From the NCBI GenBank assembly GCA_963822965.1, contig CAWGJT010000010.1, forward strand, positions 416,001 to 480,000: a stretch of DNA of 64,000 nt, written 5' to 3'. Positions 1 to 11,185 of the stretch are shown here, in pieces (the first letter of the stretch is position 1; each line of letters starts with the position of its first letter). The position numbers and the translations under genes are program-made. The notes below the pieces were generated by a model, which saw nothing but the letters and a program-made list of their open reading frames with translations, was not told the origin of the DNA and did not search any database. Source of the stretch: an uncultured delta proteobacterium. GTDB taxonomy: Bacteria > Myxococcota_A > UBA9160 > UBA4427.

Positions 1-865
1 CTCGTTCAGCGTCCAGAAGCTCTCGCGCTTCCGCGGCAACATCTTCGTGCAGCGGGGCAATGTCGCCGGGGCGTTCCGGGCCATTCCGTTCAAGATCCTG
101 ACCTTCGAAGAGCTGGGCCTGCCGCCGGTGGTCCACAATCTGGCCAAGAAGCCGCGCGGCCTGATCCTCGTCACCGGTCCCACCGGCTCGGGGAAGTCGA
201 CCACCCTCGCGAGCATCATCGACCGGATCAACACGGATCGTCAGGAGCACATCGTGACGATCGAGGATCCGATCGAGTACCTGCATCCGCACAAGGGCTG
301 CGTGGTGAACCAGCGCGAGGTGGGCGCGGACACGCAGACCTTCAAGAACGCCCTGAAGTACATCCTGCGCCAGGATCCGGACGTGGTGCTGATCGGCGAG
401 CTTCGCGACCTCGAGACGATCGAGGCCGCCCTGACGGTGGCCGAGACCGGCCACCTGGCCTTCGCGACGCTGCACACCAACTCGGCGGTCCAGACCATCA
501 ACCGCATCGTGGACGTCTTTCCCCCGTACCAGCAGTCGCAGATCCGACAGCAGCTCTCCTTCGTGCTCGAAGGCGTCATGTGCCAGACCCTGCTGCCGCG
601 GGCCAACGGACCCGGCCGCGTGCTCGCGATCGAGTGCATGGTGCCGAACCAGGCCATCCGCAACCTGATCCGCGAGGACAAGATCCACCAGCTCTATTCG
701 TCGATGCAGGTCGGCCAGACGAAGTACGGCATGCAGACGCTGAATCAGTCGTTGTCGGGTCTGGTGCAGCGACGCCTCGTCACCATGGACGACGCGATCG
801 GCCGGTCGCCGGACGTCGACGAGCTCAAGACACTCATCACGCAGGGGCCCAAGGGCAGCGTGTGA
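1..865 (+). CDS. pilT: Type IV pilus retraction ATPase PilT (5' truncated by window edge)
   Basis: Walker A GPTGSGKST, TIEDPIE, LRQDPD, TGH..TLHT and the PilT-specific AIRNLIRE motif; followed by pilC. Confidence 0.96.
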   Translation, partial: SFSVQKLSRFRGNIFVQRGNVAGAFRAIPFKILTFEELGLPPVVHNLAKKPRGLILVTGPTGSGKSTTLASIIDRINTDRQEHIVTIEDPIEYLHPHKGCVVNQREVGADTQTFKNALKYILRQDPDVVLIGELRDLETIEAALTVAETGHLAFATLHTNSAVQTINRIVDVFPPYQQSQIRQQLSFVLEGVMCQTLLPRANGPGRVLAIECMVPNQAIRNLIREDKIHQLYSSMQVGQTKYGMQTLNQSLSGLVQRRLVTMDDAIGRSPDVDELKTLITQGPKGSV

Positions 866-925
866 AGATCCGGCCGGTGACCGCCCTCGCGGGCGGCTCA
901 CCGGCCCGGGGGAGGGGGGATCCAA

Positions 926-2137
926 ATGCCCGTCTACAACTGGCAAGGCCGGACCCGGGACGGTGCCAAGAAGAAGGGCGCGCTCGAGGCGGCCAACGAG
1001 GCGGCCGTCACCGCACAGCTGCGCTCGCAGGGCATCCTGCCCACGAAGGTCAAGGCCAAGCCGAAGGAGGTGGAGGAGATCTTCACCTTCCTCCAGAAGA
1101 AGGTGAAGACGAAGGACCTGGTGATCTTCACCCGGCAGTTCGCGGTGATGATCGACGCGGGCCTTCCCCTCGTGCAGTGCCTGCACATCCTCGGCGACCA
1201 GTGCGAGAACCCGAGCCTGGCGCGGGTGGTCAAGGAGGTCCGGAACGAGGTGGAGTCCGGCTCGACCTTCGCCGAGGCCCTCGCGAAGCATCCCAAGGTC
1301 TTCGACGATCTCTACGTCAACCTGGTCGCCGCCGGCGAGGTGGGCGGCATCCTCGACACCATCCTGAACCGCCTCGCGGTGCAGCTCGAGAAGGCCGACA
1401 AGCTCGCCCGGCAGTTCAAAGGGGCGATGGTCTACCCGATCACGGTGTCCACCATCGCGGTCGGCGTCGTGGTGTTGCTGCTCGTCAAGGTGATCCCCGT
1501 CTTCGAGAAGATGTTCTCGGACTTCGGCGGAACCCTTCCGGGACCGACCCAGACCGTGATCGGTCTGTCCAACTGGATGCAGGCCAACGTGGTGTACTGC
1601 ATCATCGTGATCGGCGTCGTCATCACCGCACATTCCCAGGCGCGCGCCCGCAGCGTCGGATATCGCTACAACACCGACAAGCTGAAGCTCAAGCTGCCGC
1701 TCTTCGGCACGATCATCAAGAAGGTGGCGGTCGCCCGCTTCACGCGAACCCTGGGCACCATGATCGCCAGTGGCGTTCCCATCCTGGACGCGCTCGAGAT
1801 CGTCTCGAAGACCGCCGGCAACATGGTCATCGAGGAGGAGCTGCAGGAGACGCGCGCTTCGATCTCCGAAGGCAAGACGATCGCGGAGCCGCTGCAGAAC
1901 TCGAAGGTCTTCCCCGGCATGATGGTGCAGATGATCGCCGTCGGTGAGGAGACCGGCAACATGGAGGTGATGCTGAACAAGATCGCGGACTTCTACGACG
2001 ACGAGGTCGACGTGGCGGTCGCGGCGCTCACCTCCATGCTCGAGCCGTTGCTGATGGTGTTCATGGGCGGCGCCATCGGCTCGATCCTGATCGCCATGTA
2101 TCTGCCCATCTTCACGATCGCCGACACCGTCGGCTGA
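926..2137 (+). CDS. pilC: Type IV pilus platform protein PilC (GspF family)
   Basis: FTRQFAVMIDAGLPL, AGEVGG.LD, MIAVGEETG, EP..AMYLPIF; RBS GGAGGG upstream. Confidence 0.96.
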   Translation: MPVYNWQGRTRDGAKKKGALEAANEAAVTAQLRSQGILPTKVKAKPKEVEEIFTFLQKKVKTKDLVIFTRQFAVMIDAGLPLVQCLHILGDQCENPSLARVVKEVRNEVESGSTFAEALAKHPKVFDDLYVNLVAAGEVGGILDTILNRLAVQLEKADKLARQFKGAMVYPITVSTIAVGVVVLLLVKVIPVFEKMFSDFGGTLPGPTQTVIGLSNWMQANVVYCIIVIGVVITAHSQARARSVGYRYNTDKLKLKLPLFGTIIKKVAVARFTRTLGTMIASGVPILDALEIVSKTAGNMVIEEELQETRASISEGKTIAEPLQNSKVFPGMMVQMIAVGEETGNMEVMLNKIADFYDDEVDVAVAALTSMLEPLLMVFMGGAIGSILIAMYLPIFTIADTVG

Positions 2138-2147
2138 GCGTCTTCCG

Positions 2148-3906
2148 GTGAGGGGCAGCGGGGGGCTGCGCGAGCCGCACGGAGCGCCGTTGCTCGGGGA
2201 TCGCGCCCGACAGCGGGCCGAGTGGCTGCTGCTCGGCCGGCTGGTGCTGACCGGGGTGAGCTTCGCCATCGCCGTCGGTCTGGAGGGGCCCGGCGGAGAG
2301 CTGCCGGAAGGCGCCCGCGTCGGCCTCTTCTGGACGGTGGCGCTCGCATTCGGGGCCACGGCGATCTCGGCGACGCTGGTGCGACGGCTGCGGCACCTGC
2401 ACCGCTTCGCGGCCTTCCAGATCGCCCTCGACGTGGGCATCGTGACGGCGCTCGTGGGCTTCTCGGGCGGCCACGAGTCGCTCTTCGCCTTCCTCTACGT
2501 GCTCGTCACCGTCTACGGCGCCCTGCTCTTCGAGCGTTGGGGCGCGGTGGGCGCCGCGACCCTGAGCGCCGTCTGCTACGCAGCGGTCCTGGTGGTCTCC
2601 AACGGCCACGCGCCGGGCGGCGTGGCGGGAGGTCGGGAGCCCCTCTCGTACGCGGCCCTCACCGCCGTCTGGGGGGTCCACGTCGGCGCGCTCTTCCTGG
2701 TGGGCGCGCTCGCGAGCGTGCTCTCGCGCGAGCTCCGGCGCACGGGTCAGGCCCTCGATCGACGCACCGACGACCTGATCCGCCTGCGGAATCTGCACGA
2801 GCGCACGGTCGAGAGCATCATGAGCGGGCTCCTGACCACGGATCGGGACGGGAACGTCACGTATTTCAATCCCGAGGCCGAGCAAATCACCGGGATGCGG
2901 GTGATCGAGGCCCTGGGTCGCCCCTTGGATCAGGTCATCCCGGGCGCCGCCGAGCTGATCCTGGACGGCGGCGCGCGTGGGGACGCCGTGGGGCCCAACC
3001 GGGCGCGCATGCGCTTTCGCAACCGATCCGGGGAAGAGCTCCATCTGGGCCTGGCCAGCTCGATCCTGTGGGACGAGGAGGGCGCCGAAGCGGGCCACGT
3101 CGTGATCTTCCAGAACGTCACGTCGGTGGTGGCGATGGAGCGCCAGCTCCGGCAGTCCGAGCGCCTGGCGGCGGTGGGGGAGATGTCGGCCAAGATGGCG
3201 CACGAGATCCGCAACCCGCTCGCCGCGATCTCCGGCTCGGTGCAGGTGCTGCGGGCCGGCATGAAGAGCGACCAGATCGATCCGGAAAGGGCGCGTCTGA
3301 TGGACATCGTGGTCCGGGAAGCCGATCGGCTGAGCGGTCTCATCCAGGACTTCCTCCAGTACGCGCGGCCGAGTCCCGCCCGTCGCCAGGCGGTGCTTCT
3401 GGACGGGTTGGTCGGAGACGTGGTCAAGCTCTTCGAGTCGTCACTGCCCGACCACGTCGACCTCTCGCTGCAGGCGTCGTCCGGGCTGCTCGTCCAGGCC
3501 GATCCGAGCCAGCTCAAGCAGGTGCTGTGGAACCTCTTCCTCAACGCCGTGCAGGCCATGCCGGACGGCGGCCGGCTGCGCGTCGAGCGTGCGACGGGCT
3601 CGCAACGAGCCGGCTCAAGCGGGCGTCGCTGCGCGCCGAAACGAGGAGAGGGGGGAAGCCCGCGGAGGCGCCGATGCGCCCAGTCTGGGCGGAGATCGTC
3701 GTCGCCGACAGCGGCGTCGGGATTCCCTTCGCAATGCAGGAGCAGATCTTCGAGCCCTTCTTCACCACGAAGAAGGAGGGCTCGGGGCTCGGCCTGTCCA
3801 CGGTGCACCGCATCGTCGAGAGCCACGGGGGCATGTTGCAGGTCGAGAGCGGGCGGGGGCGGGGTACGACGTTTCGAATCCGGCTTCCGCTGCAGGAGGA
3901 AGGCTC

Positions 3907-3910
<4 letters not shown>
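2148..3910 (+). CDS. pilS: PilS-type membrane sensor histidine kinase; frameshift near 3580-3680
   Basis: Multi-TM N-terminus, PAS-like region, H-box AHEIRNPL and N-box NLFLNA in one frame; G1/F/G2 boxes (DSGVG, FEPFFTTK, GSGLGL) in the frame ending at 3910; stop overlaps the pilR start. Confidence 0.88.
3614..3641 (+). promoter_or_regulatory. Putative alternative-sigma promoter CTCAAG-N16-CCGAAA inside pilS, upstream of pilR
   Basis: Same motif and spacing as four other sites in the pilus locus. Confidence 0.5.
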
Positions 3911-5292
<1,382 letters not shown>

Positions 5293-5309
5293 GCGGGAAC
5301 GGAGCCGGG

Positions 5310-6728
5310 ATGCGCGCGCGGGGGATCCAGGGCGAGCTCCTGGTGAGCCTTGCCCTGGTGATGATCACCGCCACGCTGCTGCTGGCGGCGTTCTTCCTGC
5401 AGGCCCACGCCGCCAATCTCGAACGGTTGGTCCCGGTCCTGGCCCGCGCACTCGCCGCGGAGGCGCGCTCCTCGGCGGTCGCCTACGGCGATACCGTGGG
5501 CTCCGCGACGTGGTTCCGGATCGGGCCGGGGGGCCGGTCGCAGCCCCACGCGATCACGGGACGCGAGCTGGAGGCCGTCGACCTGGAGATCGCCGAGGCC
5601 GCCCGCCGTACGGGCGAGCCCCTGCTTCGCATCGGCCGCCCCTGGGAGCCGATCCGCTTCGCGATGCCCGTGCCCGGCAACCCGCCCGGGCTGGTCGCCC
5701 TGGGCATCCTGCCTCCCTCGCTGGCGGGGTGGATCGTCGCGTGCCTGATCGCCGCGGACTGCTTCGTCTTCACGTGGCTCGGCAGCTACCTGCTGCGCCG
5801 TCGCGTGGTGTCTCCGCTGCGCGAGCTGGCGCGGGTGGCGCGCGTCATCGAGGAGGGCGGGCCGGGGCCCCGCGTCGCGGTGGAGGGGGTGCGGGAGGTC
5901 GTCGAGGTCGGGGACGCGCTCGGCGACATGAGCGAGGCGCTGGAGCGCCAGACCACGGACCTGCAGAAGGCGGTGAGCGAGCTCCGGCAGGCGAACAGCA
6001 GCCTCCGACGCGCGCGAGACGGGCTCGATCGCTCGGAACGCCTGGCCGCCGTGGGGCACCTGGCCGCGGGCGTCGCCCACGAGGTCGGCAATCCGATGGG
6101 CGCGGTGCTGGCCTTCCTGGACCTGGTGGGGCGGGACGAGAGCCTGTCCACGCCGTCCCGCGGCTACCTCGAGCGGGCGCTCGAGCAGTGCCAGCGGGTG
6201 CGTCGGATCCTGCGCCAGCTTCTCGACTTCTCCCGGCCGCCGCGTCCCTCGCTGTCCGATTTCGATCTCGGGGAGGTCGCCGACCAGTCGATCTCGCTGG
6301 TCTCGGCCCAGAAACGCTATGCCGAGATCGCCTTCGAGGTGGTCCGAGGGAACGGTCCCTGCCGGGTCGTCGCCGACGAGAGCGTCGTGGCGCAGATCCT
6401 CGTGAATCTCGTGCTGAACGCGGCCGACGCCGTCGCCGGGGTCGAGGACCCACGGGTTCGTCTGACCGTGGCGGCGCGAAGCGGTCCGGACGCCGGTGAG
6501 GTGATCTGCTCGGTGGAGGACAACGGTCCCGGGGTGGCGGCCGAGGATCGACGCCGGATCTTCGATCCCTTCTTCACCACCAAGCCGCCGGGCGAGGGAA
6601 CCGGGCTCGGCCTGGCGACCGCCCTGCGGCTGGCGGAGGAGATGGGAGGCGGGCTGGAGTGCCAGCGGCCGCGAACCCTCGGCGGCGCGAACTTCGTCCT
6701 GCGCCTGCGCGCGGCCGGGGCCGACTGA
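5310..6728 (+). CDS. HAMP sensor histidine kinase, PilS2-like
   Basis: Two TM helices, HAMP, AAGVAHEVGNP, FDPFFTTKPPGEGTGLGL; ATG at 5310 after GGAG. Confidence 0.85.
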   Translation: MRARGIQGELLVSLALVMITATLLLAAFFLQAHAANLERLVPVLARALAAEARSSAVAYGDTVGSATWFRIGPGGRSQPHAITGRELEAVDLEIAEAARRTGEPLLRIGRPWEPIRFAMPVPGNPPGLVALGILPPSLAGWIVACLIAADCFVFTWLGSYLLRRRVVSPLRELARVARVIEEGGPGPRVAVEGVREVVEVGDALGDMSEALERQTTDLQKAVSELRQANSSLRRARDGLDRSERLAAVGHLAAGVAHEVGNPMGAVLAFLDLVGRDESLSTPSRGYLERALEQCQRVRRILRQLLDFSRPPRPSLSDFDLGEVADQSISLVSAQKRYAEIAFEVVRGNGPCRVVADESVVAQILVNLVLNAADAVAGVEDPRVRLTVAARSGPDAGEVICSVEDNGPGVAAEDRRRIFDPFFTTKPPGEGTGLGLATALRLAEEMGGGLECQRPRTLGGANFVLRLRAAGAD

Positions 6729-6730
6729 AG

Positions 6731-6801
6731 CCGCGACCGAGACGAAGTCTCGGGTCGCGAGGCTCCGCGCGGGCCGACCCGGGCCGGGTCGACCTGCGCG
6801 G
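6731..6801. terminator. GC-rich hairpins in the gap between convergent genes
   Basis: cgcgacc-gagac-gaa-gtctc-gggtcgcg, followed by a second imperfect hairpin. Confidence 0.45.
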
Positions 6802-6828
6802 CAACGGGAATCCGCGGGGTTCCCCCGG

Positions 6829-7197
6829 CTACCGCGGGGTCATCCGGACCACGAGCTTCCGCGCGAGGATCTCTCCCTTCCCGGCCGGGGTTCCGTCGTA
6901 CTCGACCGTCACCTGGGCCTGGGTCGGGTCGGGGATCCTCTCGAAGCTGATGCGCTTCTGGTCCGCGTCGTAGATGCGGGTCTCCTCGGTGACCCGGACG
7001 ACCACGTCGTCCTCCAGCGTCAGCGTCATCTTCGCCGCGTCCTTGGCCTCGAGGAAGGCCTCGTTGGCCGGTCGGCGACCGTCGGGCCGTCGGCCGTCGG
7101 CCCCGGCCGTCCCGACCCCGGCGAAGAGCAGGGCGGCGACCGCCGTGGCCACCAGGATTCGTCGGGTGATTCCCCCGCGTCGATCGGAAGAACGCAT
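6829..7197 (-). CDS. Small secreted protein, DUF5666/OB-fold-like
   Basis: Signal peptide ending AGA; beta-rich core (VRVTEETRIY...VTVEY...ILARKLVV); RBS AAGGAG. Confidence 0.6.
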   Translation of the reverse strand: MRSSDRRGGITRRILVATAVAALLFAGVGTAGADGRRPDGRRPANEAFLEAKDAAKMTLTLEDDVVVRVTEETRIYDADQKRISFERIPDPTQAQVTVEYDGTPAGKGEILARKLVVRMTPR

Positions 7198-7279
7198 GGC
7201 TTCTCTCCTTCAAAGGCCCCGGGCGATCGCGCCGCCCGGGGCACTCGTTCCGGGGTCGAACCCGGATCCGTCCTGGGGA

Positions 7280-10200
7280 CTAGAGCTCCCGCCAGTAGAA
7301 CTGACCGATGCCTCCGCCGGTGTCCGGCAGCGGGCAGTCGTTGGGCCAGTTCGGGCAGGGACAGGCCGGCCCGGGGCAGTCCGGCGATCCATCGCCGTCC
7401 ATGTCGCCCGATCCCGGCACCACCACCTCGCCGTCCTGGTTGTTGATGATCACCTTGTTGGGACTCGGGTCGGTCGAGCTGCCCGTATATCCGCCACTGC
7501 TGATGGTGATCTGGGGCGAGGTCGGCATGCCGGCGCCGAGGTCCACGCTGATGGACGAGACTCCGCCGCTGTTGGGCTCGACGAAGACGCCCTCGCCGCA
7601 GTAGACCTTGTAGGCGTAGAGCTTCGCCGTGCCGTTGGAGACGCACGGATTCGCGCTGATGGTCGGGATATACGACGCCGCCAGCACGCGGTAGGAGAAG
7701 ATGTCCGTCTCGGTGATGAACTTCTCCGACTCGTCGCCCACGAAGTAGTAGCCCTTGTAGCCCGTCAGGTCCGCGCAGCCCGTGTACGAGGCCAGCTCCG
7801 TCAGATCGCTCTCCGTCGTCACCGCGGAGGGCGACGTCTTGTCGAGCGGATCCGAGTCGATCAGCGTGTAGAGCCGGTTGTTCTCGTCGGTCGTGCCCAC
7901 GATGCCCTCCAGCCGGAGGTTCATGCGCTCACCCGTGCCGAGAACCAGCCACAGGTTGCCGTTCTTCAGCGCGGCGCTCGGGGTGAAGAACATGCTCTTG
8001 TACCAGGTCCTGGCCGGCGGGCCCGCGTCGTAGTAGGTCGGCGCGGAGAACATCTTCCGGAAGGGCCAGTTGGGCTGGGTGACGGAGCCAGAGCCGTTGA
8101 TCGGGTCCTGTCCGATGCCGCTGATCACCCACTTCCAGACGTTGCCGCCCAGGTCGGGCATGTAGATGACGTCGGCGTAGCCGTCGAAGTTCAGGTCGAA
8201 GACGCCCGGAGAGGCCGGCATGGCGTAGTGCATCGCCTGTTCCGGGTTCGACGACGAGTAGGTGAAGGTCGCCGGATCCGTGCTCGAGGTGCTGCCCGTC
8301 GGATCGAACTTCTTCTCCGCCAGCACCTCGCCCGTCTTCAGGTCGAGGATGACGATCCCCCGGCCCGCGGTCTCCGTGACGTCATAGTTGGCGTCGTCGT
8401 TCGGATCGCTCTCGGGCGCGTAGCCGAGCCCGAAGATGGCGACCCAACGGTCGTAGGCCGGGGTCGTGGCGGTCGGAGTGTTGATCGTCGGATTGACCCG
8501 CACCTTGACGATCACCGGCTGGGACCAGGTCTGGCCCATGTAGTCGACGATGCCGCCGGTGGCGTCTTCGCGCGGGAACTCCCAGAGGTAGCAGGGGTAC
8601 ATGGAGCCGCTCGCCGGAGCCGGGCAGCTGCTCGACGACGGGTCGGTGATGTCGAGCCCGTAGTAGGTGTTGCCGCCCTGGCGGAGGCCGCCCATCGCGA
8701 TGGTGCGCCAGCGCTGCCAGCCCGTTCCGTCCTTGGGAGCGTTGACGTCGCGGTACTGGTAGAACCACACGTCCGCGACTGCGGCCGAGCCGTCGACGCC
8801 GTAGAAGGTGCGTCCGCCCGAGTCGATGGGGAACTCCTTGGCGACCTGGCGCGTCCCGTAGGGCATGAATCCCACGAGCTCCTCACCCGTGCCCTCGTCG
8901 TAGGCGGGCGGAACCGCGGCGGTCTGCCAGGTGCCTGCGTCGAAGAAGCGCAGGAAGCCGTCGTTGGCGCCGGCCACCACCACGCGCTTGCGGTGCTCGT
9001 AGTAGGTGGCGAAGGCCCGGTAGTCGGGGTCGCGCTGGAAGGACGCGGGGCCCGGCACCACCACCGGGTCGGAGTGGAAGATGTCGCCGAGCTTCCAGGA
9101 GCGCTCGACGCAGCCCCCGCCCGTGGAGCCGAGGTCGCAGCCGCGCAGGTTGTCGACGACGACCGTCCGCAGCTCGTCGGCCGTGGTCGGCGGCGTGTAG
9201 GCGCCGTAGTCGTAGCTCGGAATGTCCGCCGCCGTCAGGTTCATCTGCGCAGCCGTCACGCTGGCGCTGTCGAAGGTCGTCAGCTGGCTCACGCCGGGTG
9301 ACGCGGTCAGCGTGGTCGTCACGAGACTGCGCGAGCCGGGGCTGCGCGCGTCGAGGAGCTCGCCGGCGTCCCAGTAGGGCACGGCCGTCTGAAGGAAGGT
9401 GCCCGCCACACAGGACGCCGGAGCGCCCGGGTCGGACAGGGCGCAGTTGCCGTTGGCGTCGAGGATGTCGCCGGCCGCCGTGATCTTCCACGACTTGAGG
9501 CGTCCCTCCCAGTAGCCGGTCTGGGTGGAGGGAACGAAGAGGCTCGTATAGAACTGTCCGCCCTCGGAGGTCCGGGTCGCCGGGACCGTCGCCGCCGTGA
9601 AGGACTGGGACTTCTGGACGATGTCGCTGATGGTGGCGACGATCGCCTGCGCGAGGGCGCCCGCGTCGTTGCTGGTCGAGAAGGTGCCGTTGCCGACCTG
9701 GGCCGTCCGCTCGAGCAGGTCGTTGGCCGACGCATTCGTGGTGAATCCCACGGTGTAGACGTCGATGGTCTGGTCGTAGCCGTTGTGCGGCGGCAGGTCC
9801 GGGCGGGAGTCGTTGTCCTGCATGAACTTCGCGATGTCGTCCAGGTAGCGGGCGCAGCGGTCGTACGAGCCGCCCGGGCAGTCGGGCGCCGCCGTCGGAA
9901 GCTCGTTCTCTCCGTCCGGGTTGTAGTCGCCGATCAGGGTGGTGAAGTTGGAGAAGCCGTAGTCGGTGCTGCCGCCGTTGGCCGTGAAGTTGTCCTTCGT
10001 CGGCTCGCCGTCCGTGATGATCACGACGAAGTTGCGCTGACAGGGCGCCTGGATCGGGCTGTCGGGAGCCGCGGAGCTGTAGGGGCCTCCGCTGCCGGTC
10101 CCATAGACGTACTCCGGAAACGTCACCCCGCCGGAGACCGGGCGATCGCTGCCGTCGCGGCTCATGAAGTAGGTGTAGACCTGGAAGAGGGTCTCGCCGA

Positions 10201-10999
10201 TCGGCGTCCAGGTTTCGCCCTCGAGCTGCTCGATGGCGTCGTCCAGGTGCTCCCCGTGGCTCTGGGTGACGCCGTTCAGGGTGTAGACGTTGGGGTTGCC
10301 GCTGGAATCGAGATAGTCGTTTGCGGGCACCACCACGTAGCCGCCGTTCGGATCGCTGCCGCCCCGGAACTGCGCGATGCCGAAGCGGACCGCGCCCGAG
10401 GTGTTCACCTCGCAGATCACCTGGCGCAGGATCTGCTTCGCCGCGGTCACCCGGGCGCGCCGGTAGAGACTGTAGGAGCCGCCGCCGACACAGCTCGAGT
10501 AGGTGCCGTTGTTCGTGGCGGCGATCTGGGCGCGATAGGATGCGGACTCGGGGCTGAAGAGCCAGTTGAGGTAGCGCCCGGACCAGCGGGTCGAGTAGTA
10601 GGCGAACTGCACCTGGGGGTCGACGAAGATCTCGATGCTGGCGTTCACGCAGCCCGTCGCACCGTAGAGACCGTAGATGTTGTAGGTGCCGGAGCGGAAG
10701 GACGTGTCCGTGGCGCCGCTCGGGAAGGAGTCGCTGCTGTTGGTGGTGACGTTGTAGTCGCGATTGTCGTTCCAGTACTGGCAGGTGGGCGTGGCGTCGG
10801 GATCGAAGGCCGGATGCCAGACGATGGAGTTCATGGACCCCGAGTTGTCCATGATCAGCATCACGTTCGGGGGCACGATGGTGGAGAAGAGCACCGTGTC
10901 GTCCGCGCTCGCGGCTTGCGGCCGGGCCAGAGCGAGGCCGGTGGTCGCGACGAAGGCGGCGAGGGCGAGAAGGAAGCGGTTGGCTTTGGCGAGGGGCAT
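7280..10999 (-). CDS. pilY1: PilY1 pilus tip adhesin (vWA + beta-propeller)
   Basis: Signal peptide, PNVMLIMDNSGSM MIDAS, ITDG, LGDIFHS.P, GANDG.L, YGVDG, Ca loop DLNFDGYAD, C-terminal YWREL; start at 10999 after AGGAG. Confidence 0.93.
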   Translation of the reverse strand: MPLAKANRFLLALAAFVATTGLALARPQAASADDTVLFSTIVPPNVMLIMDNSGSMNSIVWHPAFDPDATPTCQYWNDNRDYNVTTNSSDSFPSGATDTSFRSGTYNIYGLYGATGCVNASIEIFVDPQVQFAYYSTRWSGRYLNWLFSPESASYRAQIAATNNGTYSSCVGGGSYSLYRRARVTAAKQILRQVICEVNTSGAVRFGIAQFRGGSDPNGGYVVVPANDYLDSSGNPNVYTLNGVTQSHGEHLDDAIEQLEGETWTPIGETLFQVYTYFMSRDGSDRPVSGGVTFPEYVYGTGSGGPYSSAAPDSPIQAPCQRNFVVIITDGEPTKDNFTANGGSTDYGFSNFTTLIGDYNPDGENELPTAAPDCPGGSYDRCARYLDDIAKFMQDNDSRPDLPPHNGYDQTIDVYTVGFTTNASANDLLERTAQVGNGTFSTSNDAGALAQAIVATISDIVQKSQSFTAATVPATRTSEGGQFYTSLFVPSTQTGYWEGRLKSWKITAAGDILDANGNCALSDPGAPASCVAGTFLQTAVPYWDAGELLDARSPGSRSLVTTTLTASPGVSQLTTFDSASVTAAQMNLTAADIPSYDYGAYTPPTTADELRTVVVDNLRGCDLGSTGGGCVERSWKLGDIFHSDPVVVPGPASFQRDPDYRAFATYYEHRKRVVVAGANDGFLRFFDAGTWQTAAVPPAYDEGTGEELVGFMPYGTRQVAKEFPIDSGGRTFYGVDGSAAVADVWFYQYRDVNAPKDGTGWQRWRTIAMGGLRQGGNTYYGLDITDPSSSSCPAPASGSMYPCYLWEFPREDATGGIVDYMGQTWSQPVIVKVRVNPTINTPTATTPAYDRWVAIFGLGYAPESDPNDDANYDVTETAGRGIVILDLKTGEVLAEKKFDPTGSTSSTDPATFTYSSSNPEQAMHYAMPASPGVFDLNFDGYADVIYMPDLGGNVWKWVISGIGQDPINGSGSVTQPNWPFRKMFSAPTYYDAGPPARTWYKSMFFTPSAALKNGNLWLVLGTGERMNLRLEGIVGTTDENNRLYTLIDSDPLDKTSPSAVTTESDLTELASYTGCADLTGYKGYYFVGDESEKFITETDIFSYRVLAASYIPTISANPCVSNGTAKLYAYKVYCGEGVFVEPNSGGVSSISVDLGAGMPTSPQITISSGGYTGSSTDPSPNKVIINNQDGEVVVPGSGDMDGDGSPDCPGPACPCPNWPNDCPLPDTGGGIGQFYWREL

Positions 11000-11050
11000 G
11001 TCGTTCTCCTGAATCTCCCGGCCTGGGGGCGCCGGCCTACGGGTCGTTTC

Positions 11051-11065
11051 GCAAGCCCCGTGCCA
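11051..11065 (-). promoter_or_regulatory. Sigma54 (-24/-12) promoter of pilY1
   Basis: Minus strand TGGCAC-GGGGC-TTGC, a perfect consensus match. Confidence 0.85.
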
Positions 11066-11142
11066 GGCGTCGCCATCCGTATAAGTATTCGGATTCAATG
11101 GCGTTTTCCGTATCACGCCCCGACCGGGGGCGCCGCCGGGGC

Positions 11143-11175
11143 CGCAGGGTCCTGCGTACCGCGCAGGGGATTGCG
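11143..11175. promoter_or_regulatory. Tandem CGCA-N6-TGCG palindromes, putative enhancer for the pilY1 promoter
   Basis: CGCAGGGTCCTGCG (11143-11156) and CGCAGGGGATTGCG (11162-11175). Confidence 0.6.
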
Positions 11176-11185
11176 GGGCTCCCGG

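Noticed and set aside
7247..7270. T-loop-like GGGTTCGACCCC on the minus strand after pilY1
   Set aside because: No acceptor, D or anticodon arms; it is a simple hairpin.
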